From: an uncultured Armatimonadia bacterium
GTDB lineage: Bacteria > Armatimonadota > Zipacnadia > Zipacnadales > UBA11051
Direction: 5' to 3'
DNA length: 50,033 nt
Assembly: GCA_964653205.1 (NCBI GenBank)
Contig: CAZZDO010000002.1
Location: 1-50,033, forward strand
Translations under genes and position numbers: made by a program
The notes under the pieces: generated by a model
What the model saw: only the letters and a program-made list of their open reading frames with translations
Database searches by the model: none
Told to the model about the DNA's origin: nothing
Part shown: piece by piece, positions 42,043-50,033 of the stretch
Position numbering within the stretch: the stretch's first letter is position 1
Layout: every line of letters starts with the position of its first letter

Positions 42043-42081
42043 GAGTCGTGGGGTGTCAGCTTCGCTGACACCCCACGACTC
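42043..42081. terminator. perfect 17-bp stem-loop between convergent genes (bidirectional terminator candidate)
   Basis: GAGTCGTGGGGTGTCAG (42043-42059), loop cttcg, CTGACACCCCACGACTC (42065-42081). It lies 17 nt after the stop at 42025 and 33 nt before the stop at 42115. Confidence 0.6.
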
Positions 42082-42114
42082 TAATCCTGCTGCCCCCCCA
42101 ACGACCGCACTCCC

Positions 42115-45100
42115 CTACTCCACCGTCACCGCGTCATACCAGACCGTCGCCTCGCTGTCCACGTTGTACAGGTAGATCGCCACGCGCGAGACATCATCAG
42201 TCACGGTGAACGCGCCGGCGTAGTCGTTCCACTGGTCGTCGGGCAGCTTCGAGGTCTTCTCCATGTAGACGTACCGCTCCGGGCCCTGCTTGCGGAAGAG
42301 CACCACCGCGGGCGCGGCGCGGCCGGCCCGTCCCGGCGTCCGCTTCATCTTCACGTGCGCCACACCGGTGTCGCCCTCGCGCACCGGGATGAACTGATCG
42401 GCCTCGACGAAGGCGCCGGGCTTCCCCTGCAGCTTCAGGCACACTTGCCCCTCGGCCGCCCCGCCGTCCATGCTGGCCATCTCCCCATTCTGGAAGCTCC
42501 ACGCCCCGGGCCGTCCGGCCGCGCCGGGGTTCTCAAAGCCGCCGTTGAGCACCAGTGGCCGCAGCGTGAAGCCCTGCGTGTCGGTGACGTTGCCCGACAC
42601 GATCGCGGCCTGACAGGCGACGGGCGCGGCGATTGCCGCCAGCGCCGGGGCCTCGATGGTCAGCTTCGTCTCGCCCGTCGCCGCGACGCTGAAGGGCCGC
42701 TTTGTCTCAGGCAGGGGCTCGCCGCTCAGTATGACCGTCCCCTCGCGGGGCGTGTGCCCCACGTTCCGCAGTGTCACCTCCACCCGCTGCCCACGCAACT
42801 GCGCCGACACCTCGAAGGGGCTGGTCACGAGGACCTCCACGGGCCGCCGCACGGCACCCTCCTTGATCTCGAAGAGCACGTGGCCGGTGCGGCAGCGCCG
42901 TTCGGCATTCGCGGCCACCTGCAGCGGGACGGCAGTGGCAACGGACCCGCCCGGGGCGACGGTGACGTTCGTCGTCGCTGCCGTGACTCCGGCCAGCGCT
43001 GCCTCGATCCGCAGCTTGCCGGTCACGGGGCGGGCTCCCGGGTTCGTCACGGTCACGGCCAGGTCGCCCCGCTCTCCGGCCACGAGGGACGTCACGACCG
43101 GCCGCACCAGGGGCTCGCAGCGCCCGACGAGCAGCACCGTGCTCGCCTTGCCGGTCGGTGCGGTGAAGGCGGCGCCCTCCGTCCCATTCCGGACCTCCAA
43201 CGGGCCCTCGCTGCCCTCTACGTCGAACATGTAGCCGCGCACTTCGCCCGCCGGCACGTCACGCACCGTGACGGCCACGCCCGCCTTGCCGTCCATGTTT
43301 AGCAGGTTCACGACTCGCACGTCGTTGCGGTCGTCCTTGAGCACGTTGATCTTCGCCTGCACCGCCGGGTCGCTGATTGTCAGGCCGACGTTGTCCATGA
43401 AACGCGCGCGGTACAGGATCTGCTTGAACTTCTGCCGCAGGGCCACCAGCGGCGCGGCCCCCGTCGAGAATGAGTCATAGCGATTGCCGTGCAGATGAGT
43501 TTTCAGAAACACCTCGTCGGCGGAGACGCCGTACGTCCCATTCGCCACGCCGTCGTAGAGGATGTAGTCGGGGAACGTGTAGTGGAAGGCCTCGGGCGCA
43601 AAGCGGCGGTTCGCGCCCCACTGGCCCGGCTTCTTGGCCGATGCGGGCGAGATGAGGTTCACATCGGCCCACTGTCCCACCGCGTCGCCACAGCCTTCCA
43701 TCGCGAACATCCAGTTGGGGTCGTGCTTGCGGCCCTCCGTGACCATGCGCTGCATGTCCCGCGTCAGCGACGCGCCCCAGATGCCGTGGTGCTCGTGCCC
43801 GTGGTTGGCGGCAAAGCAGAGGCGCTCCCCCGCGGCGCACGTCTCGTCCAGGTAGATGCCGCTCGCGCCATACTCGGCGCCGTAACGCTCCACGCACCAG
43901 CCGAACAGGTGGCGGTTCGCCCAGGCGTCGGTGTACGGGCAGGGCACGGTCCGCAGCCACGGCGTCCCGTAGCGCTTCGCGTCGTCCTCCGGGAGCTTCG
44001 TGTCGCCCGAGCAGACCCCGCCGTAGCTGCGGATGGCATAGTCGCGCCACTCGTCCCAGTCCCAGATCGGCACGCCGGCCGGCAGCATGCGCCGCGGGGT
44101 GGTGCCGACGCTGTCGCCGTCGCGGGCGTTCACCTTCCAGAACTGGCTGGACACATAGAACGTGATGTGCCCGCCCCAGCGCTGCACCTCGGCGATGGCG
44201 GCCTTGAACTCGTCCAGGCTGCCGAGCACCGGGTTCGGGTAGGGCAGCGAGTCGCAGTTCGACCCGCCGGTCATCTGCCCCCAGACCTGGAGGTAGTTCG
44301 TGCCCAGCTCCCGGGCGCGCTTGAGCGCCTGCGGCATGTCGCGGAAGGGCACGCGGCTGCCGTCGGCGCTGACTACCAGCCCGTACCAGCCATCGGCCTC
44401 GCGCACCCATTCCGGCGGCGTCGGGCGGTGCATCCACCCCTGCGCCCACCTGCGGTAGGCGTCGGCGGCCACATGCCAATCGCCCGTGTGCATGCCCGTG
44501 ACCGCCGGCGGCGAGGCCCAGCGCTGGCCTGGCCGGACGTGGGCGAACTTCGTGAGGCTGAAGGTGAGCGTGCCGGTGTCCACCTGCGGGCGCGCGGCCA
44601 GCACGCAGCCCATCAGGCTGGGGTCGTGGCTGGACAGATAGAGCCCGTGGCCGGGCGTGCGTTCGTACAGGTCGAGCCACGCCGCACCGCCCCCGCAAGG
44701 ATAGGGCACGCTCCCGCCGTTGGCGTTGACCGGGTCGGAGGTCTCCACCCCGCCCTGCCAGTTCGGCGTCATCAGCAGATCATCGGCCGACTGGTCGCCC
44801 AGCCGCACGCCCCGGACGCACGGGCAGACGACCTCGACGAGGTCGAGGGCCGAGGCATTGTCGAGCGTGAGCGTCCAGGTCAGTTCGCCGCCCTTGAGCG
44901 CCACCCGCAATTCGGCGGTGGCCTTGCCGGCGATCTGGTAGCGCGCCGTCAGGCTGGCCGGCCCGCTGTCCAGCGACACCAGGCGCATGTCCTTGGGCGG
45001 CACGGTCTCGGGTTGCGCCGCCCCCGCCGGCAGATGACGCAACTCAAAGGGCGGCGCGGCGGAGCCGCCGGTAACGCAGTGTACGCCCGTGCGCTTGCTC

Positions 45101-46041
45101 AGCAGGTCCACCAGCCCGCCGGTCGAGCGCAGGAAGGAAGCCCGCACCTCCCCATTCTCCAGGGCCACGAACGCGGACGGATCAGTCTGATAGCTGACGC
45201 TCGGGGCGCTGAGCGCCGGTCCGACCCCGCCCGCACCGGCCGACAGGCCTGCCTTGAGCACCAGGGATGAGGAATTGCCAGACGCAGTGGCCCCGCCGAA
45301 CGCGTGCCAGCTTTGCCCACCGTCCACCGAGATACGGAACTCCACCTTGCCGCCGCCCGTTTCGGCGGGCCAACGCGCCTCCGGCCTGCCGGTTAGCCCC
45401 GGGACGGCCAACTGCGGCGTCACGGCCCAGCCGGCCCGGGCCGCGCTGCGGGACGTCGCCGCTGGCCCCATGCCTTCAGGCTCCGGGGCGTTCTCCGGCA
45501 GCAGCGCCACCTTGTCCAGCCGCGCGCCGCCATGCCAGTTGTGCAGCCACAGCAGGTGCACCCCGGCCGACAGGTCGTAAACTGGCCCCGCCACCCACAC
45601 CCATCGCCCGGCGGTGCTGCCGTCGCAATCGGTGTGCCACTGCGGCTGCCCGTAGTCCAGCGACTCGCTGTGCACCCACCCGCCGCCCTGGGGGAAGAAC
45701 CCTCGCACCCAGCGGCGGTAGCGCCCCGGGCGGGTGATGTTGACCGGGAAGAGCGCGCGGTCCACCTTGACGACACAGCGCCCGCCCGAGCAGTCCGCCT
45801 CGGCCACGCCCCCGGCCGGATCGGCCACGAGGTTCACCGCCGCTTCGGCCTCCATCGCCAGGCCCGTCCCCGTCCCCATGTCGAACCACTCGCCGAGCAC
45901 GACCCTGCCTCCCACGACGCGGCACGCGGCGGTCTGAAGGGCCTCGAGAGGGAAGGCATGCTCCGTGGCCGTGGCGGCGGTGGCCGCCAGGCAGCACAGC
46001 AGCAGGGGCAGGACTTGGGGCCGGGCGGTACGCATGGTCAT
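42115..46041 (-). CDS. 1308-aa secreted carbohydrate-active-like protein: N-terminal CBM-like module, uncharacterised central catalytic-like region, Ig-like repeats, C-terminal CBM4/9-like domain
   Basis: ORF 42115..46044. ATG at 46041 is preferred because GAGAG lies upstream. Signal peptide MTMRTARPQVLPLLLCCLAATAATA. N-terminal module RYRRWVRGFF..GRWVWVAGPVYDLSAGVHLLWLHNW..LDKVALL. The central region includes YLQVWGQMTGG and GIYLDETCAAGERLCFAANHGHEHHG. The C-terminus NGGFENPGAAGRPGAWSF..ATVWYDAVTVE follows a CBM_4_9-like pattern. Confidence 0.6.
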   Translation of the reverse strand: MTMRTARPQVLPLLLCCLAATAATATEHAFPLEALQTAACRVVGGRVVLGEWFDMGTGTGLAMEAEAAVNLVADPAGGVAEADCSGGRCVVKVDRALFPVNITRPGRYRRWVRGFFPQGGGWVHSESLDYGQPQWHTDCDGSTAGRWVWVAGPVYDLSAGVHLLWLHNWHGGARLDKVALLPENAPEPEGMGPAATSRSAARAGWAVTPQLAVPGLTGRPEARWPAETGGGKVEFRISVDGGQSWHAFGGATASGNSSSLVLKAGLSAGAGGVGPALSAPSVSYQTDPSAFVALENGEVRASFLRSTGGLVDLLSKRTGVHCVTGGSAAPPFELRHLPAGAAQPETVPPKDMRLVSLDSGPASLTARYQIAGKATAELRVALKGGELTWTLTLDNASALDLVEVVCPCVRGVRLGDQSADDLLMTPNWQGGVETSDPVNANGGSVPYPCGGGAAWLDLYERTPGHGLYLSSHDPSLMGCVLAARPQVDTGTLTFSLTKFAHVRPGQRWASPPAVTGMHTGDWHVAADAYRRWAQGWMHRPTPPEWVREADGWYGLVVSADGSRVPFRDMPQALKRARELGTNYLQVWGQMTGGSNCDSLPYPNPVLGSLDEFKAAIAEVQRWGGHITFYVSSQFWKVNARDGDSVGTTPRRMLPAGVPIWDWDEWRDYAIRSYGGVCSGDTKLPEDDAKRYGTPWLRTVPCPYTDAWANRHLFGWCVERYGAEYGASGIYLDETCAAGERLCFAANHGHEHHGIWGASLTRDMQRMVTEGRKHDPNWMFAMEGCGDAVGQWADVNLISPASAKKPGQWGANRRFAPEAFHYTFPDYILYDGVANGTYGVSADEVFLKTHLHGNRYDSFSTGAAPLVALRQKFKQILYRARFMDNVGLTISDPAVQAKINVLKDDRNDVRVVNLLNMDGKAGVAVTVRDVPAGEVRGYMFDVEGSEGPLEVRNGTEGAAFTAPTGKASTVLLVGRCEPLVRPVVTSLVAGERGDLAVTVTNPGARPVTGKLRIEAALAGVTAATTNVTVAPGGSVATAVPLQVAANAERRCRTGHVLFEIKEGAVRRPVEVLVTSPFEVSAQLRGQRVEVTLRNVGHTPREGTVILSGEPLPETKRPFSVAATGETKLTIEAPALAAIAAPVACQAAIVSGNVTDTQGFTLRPLVLNGGFENPGAAGRPGAWSFQNGEMASMDGGAAEGQVCLKLQGKPGAFVEADQFIPVREGDTGVAHVKMKRTPGRAGRAAPAVVLFRKQGPERYVYMEKTSKLPDDQWNDYAGAFTVTDDVSRVAIYLYNVDSEATVWYDAVTVE

Positions 46042-46208
46042 CACTCGCTCTCAGCGGCAGGCACGCGATTCCCCGTGGGCTTTTCTGTGGCGCCGCCAGG
46101 AAACCCTTCGCGGATTGGCCCGGCAGGGGCTCGGGCGAGGAAGGAAAGGGACTGGCCGACGGGGAATAACATAACTCTTCCGCTCAGTCATCGAGGAGGC
46201 GCATGTAC

Positions 46209-47108
46209 ATGAAGGATATCTCCATTGGTTCGTGGGCATATTCCATCGGGCCGTATGCCGATCATCCGGTGCCGTGGGAGGAAGTCATCACCACTCTGAA
46301 GGACATGGGCTTCCAGGGCGTGGAGTTGGGCGGCTTCCCGCCCCATCCCAATCCGGACGACATGCCGAACCCGGACCAGCGCGCCGCCTGCCGCGCGCAA
46401 CTGGAGGCGCTGGGCCTGCGCTTCTCGGGCCTGGCGGCGAACCTCTGGGGCGAGCACCTCATTGACACCGACGACACCTCCGACTACCTGGAGGCCTTCC
46501 GCAAGAACCTGGACTTCTGCGTGGACCTGGGCATCCAGGGCATCCGCGTGGACACGGTCCAGCCGCCGACGATCTTCGAGACGGTAGACCCCGACGTGGC
46601 CCGCGGCAACGTCGTCCGCGCCTGGCAGCATTGTGCCCGCGCGGCCGGCGACCAGGGCGTCTACGTGACCTGGGAGTTCGAGCCCGGCTTCGCCTTCAAC
46701 AAGCCCTCGGACATCATCCGCATCGTCGAGGAAGTCAACAGCGACAACTTCGGCGTGCAGTTCGACACCTGCCACGGGCACATGGTGGCGGCCGTCGGCG
46801 CGCGGCAGCCCGGCGAGAAGGAGACCCTCCCCGGCGGCGGCCTAGAGCTGGCCCAGAAGCTGCGCGGGAAGATCAACCACGTGCACCTGATCGATTCGGA
46901 CGGCACGCTGCACGACGACGAGACCTCGACCCACGCGCCGTTCGGCGAGGGCGTGCTGAACTTCGACGAACTCATCCCGGAGCTGAACCAGAACCAGATG
47001 CCGCACAACTGGTGGACGATTGACCTGTGCTTCTGGCCCGACGCCTGGGACGTCACGCGGCAGTGCAAGGCGGCCGTGGACGTGCTGAACGCGAAGTACG
47101 GCGGGTAG
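46209..47108 (+). CDS. sugar phosphate isomerase/epimerase (xylose-isomerase-like TIM barrel)
   Basis: ORF 46203..47108. GGAGG ends at 46199, so the second ATG at 46209 (9-nt spacing) is preferred over 46203 (3-nt spacing). Motifs: GFQGVELGG, ..[10 protein letters not shown].., HVHLIDSDG. Confidence 0.75.
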   Translation: MKDISIGSWAYSIGPYADHPVPWEEVITTLKDMGFQGVELGGFPPHPNPDDMPNPDQRAACRAQLEALGLRFSGLAANLWGEHLIDTDDTSDYLEAFRKNLDFCVDLGIQGIRVDTVQPPTIFETVDPDVARGNVVRAWQHCARAAGDQGVYVTWEFEPGFAFNKPSDIIRIVEEVNSDNFGVQFDTCHGHMVAAVGARQPGEKETLPGGGLELAQKLRGKINHVHLIDSDGTLHDDETSTHAPFGEGVLNFDELIPELNQNQMPHNWWTIDLCFWPDAWDVTRQCKAAVDVLNAKYGG

Positions 47109-47125
47109 CAGTCGGTGACAAGATT

Positions 47126-47167
47126 GGGGCGGGGTGTAGGAGCGCTCACCAGAGCGCGACCCGCCCG
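47126..47167. repeat. intercistronic TGTAGG-type stem-loop element
   Basis: GGGCGG (47127-47132) pairs with CCGCCC (47161-47166). They enclose TGTAGG (47135-40) and the hairpin GCGCTC-acca-GAGCGC (47142-47157). The element lies in the 80-nt gap between two co-oriented genes and is only a loose relative of the 28-nt repeat. Confidence 0.35.
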
Positions 47168-47188
47168 AACAAGGGAGAGTCCCGAGCC

Positions 47189-48331
47189 ATGTCCAAGCCC
47201 CTCAACATTGGCCTCATCGGCTACGGCTTCATGGGCCGCGCGCACTCGAATGCCTACCGCAAGGTCAACAACTTTTTCGAACTCGAAACCCACCCCGTGA
47301 TGAAGGCCTGCTGCGCCCGCAGCGAGGACACCATCAAGGCCTTTGCCGCCAACTGGGGCTGGGAGAGCGTCGAGACTGACTGGCGCAGGCTCATCGAGCG
47401 CGCCGACATTGACGCCATTGACATCTGCTGCCCGAACAACCTCCACCACGAGATCGCTCTCGCCGCCGCGAAGGCGGGTAAGATCGTCCTGTGCGAGAAG
47501 CCGCTGGCGATGAACGCCGCCGAGGGCCGGGAGATGACCGAGGCCGTCGAGCAGGCCGGCGTGCCCAACATGGTCTGGTTCAACTACCGCCGCATCCCCG
47601 CGATCTCGCTGGCGAAGCAACTGGTGGACGAGGACCGCGTCGGGCGCTGCTTCCACTACCGCGCCGAATACCTGCAGGACTGGACCATCAGCCCGAAGCT
47701 ACCGCAGGGCGGGCAGACGCTGTGGCGGCTCGATGTGGACGTGGCCGGCAGTGGCGTCACCGGCGACCTCTTGGCCCACTCGATTGACACCGCCATGTGG
47801 CTCAACGGCCCCATCGCCAGCGTCACCGCCATGACTGAGACCTTCATCAAGGAGCGCGAGCTGCAGGACGAGCCGGGCACCGTCAAGCCCGTCGGCATTG
47901 ACGACGCCTGCGCGTTCCTGGTGCGCTTCGCCAATGGCAGCATGGGGACGTTCGAGTCCACCCGCTACGCCCGCGGCCGCAAGAACTTCAACACCTTCGA
48001 GATGAACGGCGAGAGGGGCTCGGTGGCGTTCAACCTCGAGGAGGCCCACCGCCTGCAGTACTTCGACAACGGCGACGATGACCACGTGCATGGCTGGCGC
48101 AGCATCCTCGTCACCGACTTCGAGCACCCCTACGCGAAGCACTGGTGGGTGCCCGGCTGCGTCACGGGCTACGAGCACACGTTCATCAACGCGCTGGCGG
48201 ACTTCCTGGAGGGGCTGCAGACGGGGCAGGGCACCCAGCCGGACTTCCGCAGCGCGCTGCAGACGCAGATCGTGTGCGACGCAGTGCTCAAGAGCGCGAA
48301 GACCGGGCAGTGGGTGCAGGCGTCATCGTGA
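47189..48331 (+). CDS. Gfo/Idh/MocA-family NAD(P)-dependent oxidoreductase
   Basis: ORF 47027..48331. ATG at 47189 has AAGGGAGAG upstream. The Rossmann motif is [19 protein letters not shown]. The EKP motif is [15 protein letters not shown]. Confidence 0.85.
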   Translation: MSKPLNIGLIGYGFMGRAHSNAYRKVNNFFELETHPVMKACCARSEDTIKAFAANWGWESVETDWRRLIERADIDAIDICCPNNLHHEIALAAAKAGKIVLCEKPLAMNAAEGREMTEAVEQAGVPNMVWFNYRRIPAISLAKQLVDEDRVGRCFHYRAEYLQDWTISPKLPQGGQTLWRLDVDVAGSGVTGDLLAHSIDTAMWLNGPIASVTAMTETFIKERELQDEPGTVKPVGIDDACAFLVRFANGSMGTFESTRYARGRKNFNTFEMNGERGSVAFNLEEAHRLQYFDNGDDDHVHGWRSILVTDFEHPYAKHWWVPGCVTGYEHTFINALADFLEGLQTGQGTQPDFRSALQTQIVCDAVLKSAKTGQWVQASS

Positions 48332-48367
48332 CAGCCGGCAGGGGCGTGCTGAGGCGAGGACTTCGCG

Positions 48368-49135
48368 ATGCGTGCGTGGCCGCAAGAAGTTGCCATCAAT
48401 GATTCGGTGTTCACCTTCGAGAAGATCCTGAAGGACGATTTCTTCTCGGTGAACGTCCTCTACAGGAACCAGGACGATGTGCGGTATGTCCTGAAGCTCT
48501 CCGACTTCCGCTTCATCTTCGGGGTGCTGCTCAGGCCGCTGGCAGTCCTGTTTTCACGTCGAGAGTACACAATCTACCGCATGGTGGCGGATATCGAGGG
48601 GGTCCCGGCCCTCGGTCCGCGCCACGGCCTGAGAGGCTACTTCCACGAGTATGTCGAGGGCAAGACCCTGCATGAGATCGCGAATGAGGGACGGACGCTG
48701 CCGGAGGACTTCTTCGAGAAACTGATGGCAGTGCTTGCGCGGCTCCATGAGAGGCGCATATTCTACCTGGACCTCAACAAGAGCGGCAACATCATCCTGG
48801 GCGATGACCAGAAGCCCTACCTGATTGATTTCCAGATATCCGTTTACATCAAGAAGAGAAGCGGCCTTGTCGGACTTTGGGGCGACCGGCTGCTTGCCTT
48901 TCTCATCCGCGAGGACATCTACCATCTCTATAAGCACAAGCGGTACTTCCAGCCCCACCTCGTGACGCCCGACGAGTTGGCCCTGGCCACACGCACGCGG
49001 TTCAATGTCCGGCTGAAGAGATACGTCGGGGAGCCGTACCGCGCAATCAAGAGGCTCATCTACCCCCATGGCAGCAATGAGATCATCTGGTACAGGTGGC
49101 GGAAGCTGAAGGACAAGAGCAGTCGCATGCCCTGA
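48368..49135 (+). CDS. small atypical protein-kinase-fold protein (RIO/Kdo/LPS-kinase-like)
   Basis: 255 aa with a GAGGA RBS. Candidate kinase elements: beta3 Lys in RYVLKLS, alphaC Glu in SRREYTIY, hinge FHEYVEG, catalytic loop FYLDLNKSGNIIL (D-x-x-K-x-x-N), and YLIDFQIS in the DFG position. There is no Gly-rich loop. Confidence 0.55.
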   Translation: MRAWPQEVAINDSVFTFEKILKDDFFSVNVLYRNQDDVRYVLKLSDFRFIFGVLLRPLAVLFSRREYTIYRMVADIEGVPALGPRHGLRGYFHEYVEGKTLHEIANEGRTLPEDFFEKLMAVLARLHERRIFYLDLNKSGNIILGDDQKPYLIDFQISVYIKKRSGLVGLWGDRLLAFLIREDIYHLYKHKRYFQPHLVTPDELALATRTRFNVRLKRYVGEPYRAIKRLIYPHGSNEIIWYRWRKLKDKSSRMP

Positions 49136-49155
49136 TTCCCGCGGGAGACCAACAC

Positions 49156-49998
49156 ATGAAGACCGGCCTGAACGTACTGCTGTGGACCGCCGCCGCAACC
49201 GAAGAGCACCTGCCCCTCCTGGAGAGCATCAAGGGCTGGGGCTATGACGGCGTGGAGTTCCCGATGTTCGCGGCCGATTGCTCGCCGTGGGCGACGCTGG
49301 CGGCGAAGCTGGATGACCTCGGCCTCGACCGCACGGCCGTGACCATCGTGCCCGAGACGGGCAACCCGATCAGCGAAGACCCGGCGGTGCGCGCGGCGGG
49401 TGTGGACCACCTGAAGGCCTGCCTGGATGCCTGTGCGACGCTCGGGGCCGAGACGCTCGTGGGGCCGATGTACTCGCCCTGCGGCCGGCTCGTCGGGCGC
49501 GGGCCGACGGCGGAGGAATGGGGTTGGGCCGTCGCGGCGCTGCGCACCGTCACCGAGTACGCCGACCCGCTGGGCATCAACCTCGCCGTTGAGCCGCTCA
49601 ACCGCTTCGAGACGTACTTCCTCAACTGCGCCGAGCAAGCCGTGCGGCTCGTAGACGAGGTCGGCCACCCGCGCCTGGGCACGCTGTACGACACCTTCCA
49701 TGCCAACATCGAGGAGAAGGACCCCGTCGGCGCGGTCGCCGCTTACGGCAAGCGCATCGCCCATGTGCATATTTCCGAGAACGACCGCAGCACCCCCGGT
49801 GAGGGGCATGTGCCGTTCCCGGAGACCTTTGCCGCGCTCAAGGCCGTTGGCTATGACGGCTGGCTGACGGTGGAGGCGTTCGGGCGGGCGCTGCCCGAAG
49901 TCGCCGCGGCCACCAGCATCTGGCGCGACATGCTGGACAGTGAGGAATCCCTCGCCCGCCGGACCGCCGCCTTCATCCGCGACGGCTGGGCGGGTTAG
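49156..49998 (+). CDS. sugar phosphate isomerase/epimerase (TIM barrel, ketose 3-epimerase-like)
   Basis: ORF 49096..49998. ATG at 49156 has GGGAG 8 nt upstream. Motifs: GYDGVEFPMF, ..LAVEPLNRFETYF.., HVHISENDRSTPGEGHV, GWLTVEAF. Confidence 0.75.
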   Translation: MKTGLNVLLWTAAATEEHLPLLESIKGWGYDGVEFPMFAADCSPWATLAAKLDDLGLDRTAVTIVPETGNPISEDPAVRAAGVDHLKACLDACATLGAETLVGPMYSPCGRLVGRGPTAEEWGWAVAALRTVTEYADPLGINLAVEPLNRFETYFLNCAEQAVRLVDEVGHPRLGTLYDTFHANIEEKDPVGAVAAYGKRIAHVHISENDRSTPGEGHVPFPETFAALKAVGYDGWLTVEAFGRALPEVAAATSIWRDMLDSEESLARRTAAFIRDGWAG

Positions 49999-50005
49999 CC
50001 GTGAC

Positions 50006-50033
50006 TGTAGGGCGGGGGCTTGTACCCCGCCCC
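50006..50033. repeat. REP-like 28-nt unit directly after the last gene (truncated by window end)
   Basis: TGTAGGGCGGGGGCTTGTACCCCGCCCC starts 8 nt after the TAG at 49996-49998. The internal stem pairs GGGCGGGG with CCCCGCCC. Confidence 0.55.

Noticed and set aside
1-50033. Looked across the whole window for a CRISPR array, tandem repeats, tRNA/rRNA genes, IS elements, integrases, or toxin-antitoxin or defence-system genes.
   Set aside because: No direct-repeat/spacer periodicity was seen. The intergenic regions are short (278 bp at most) and lack tRNA-like cloverleaf segments that I could see. No transposase, integrase, nuclease or helicase signatures appear in any called CDS. The only tandem feature is the duplicated 11-nt head within the REP copy at 35775-35800.

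Overview
This is a gene-dense, high-GC bacterial chromosomal segment (roughly 63-70 % GC in hand-counted blocks). I call 30 protein-coding genes. I recognised no rRNA, tRNA, CRISPR array, transposase or integrase. All domain calls come from motifs read by eye in the supplied translations, not from database searches.

Layout:
(1) 0.2-5.7 kb holds a flagellar filament module, fliC-fliD-fliS on the minus strand. It has a sigma-28-like promoter and a structured leader. It is convergent with a sigma-54 enhancer-binding protein that has a degenerate receiver, a GAFTSA loop and no HTH.
(2) 5.8-18.2 kb is a translationally coupled 7-gene minus-strand operon: GH2, an alpha/alpha-toroid protein, a GH38-like protein, two URO-D-family paralogs, a second GH2 and a FucI-like isomerase.
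(3) 18.3-19.9 kb holds an RdhA/QueG-like Fe-S protein with an XRE-cupin regulator and a palindromic operator candidate.
(4) 19.9-31.2 kb holds four secreted multidomain proteins: a clan GH-A enzyme, a beta-helix protein, a HEAT plus galactose-binding-like fusion, and a LamG protein.
(5) 31.3-37.2 kb is a pseudopilin/TPR/1548-aa protein operon. The large protein reads PQQ-propeller, methyltransferase-fold, propeller, malectin, DNRLRE.
(6) 37.3-40.8 kb holds a CxC membrane protein coupled to an FtsX/ABC pair, convergent with nikR.
(7) 41.1-46.0 kb holds a third URO-D paralog with an MtaA-type H-x-C...C motif and a 1308-aa CBM-flanked secreted protein.
(8) 46.2-50.0 kb is a sugar isomerase/oxidoreductase operon interrupted by a kinase-fold gene with atypical codon usage.

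A 28-nt GC-rich palindromic repeat (TGTAGGGCGGGGRCTYGTACCCCGCCCC) occurs three times, once in-frame inside the giant propeller gene.

The best candidates for something undescribed are the URO-D/toroid/GH operon, the pseudopilin-TPR-propeller-methyltransferase operon, and the CxC-protein/FtsX-ABC/NikR neighbourhood. None can be assigned a function from sequence alone. The gene content hints at a PVC- or Armatimonadota-like lineage, but that is inference only.
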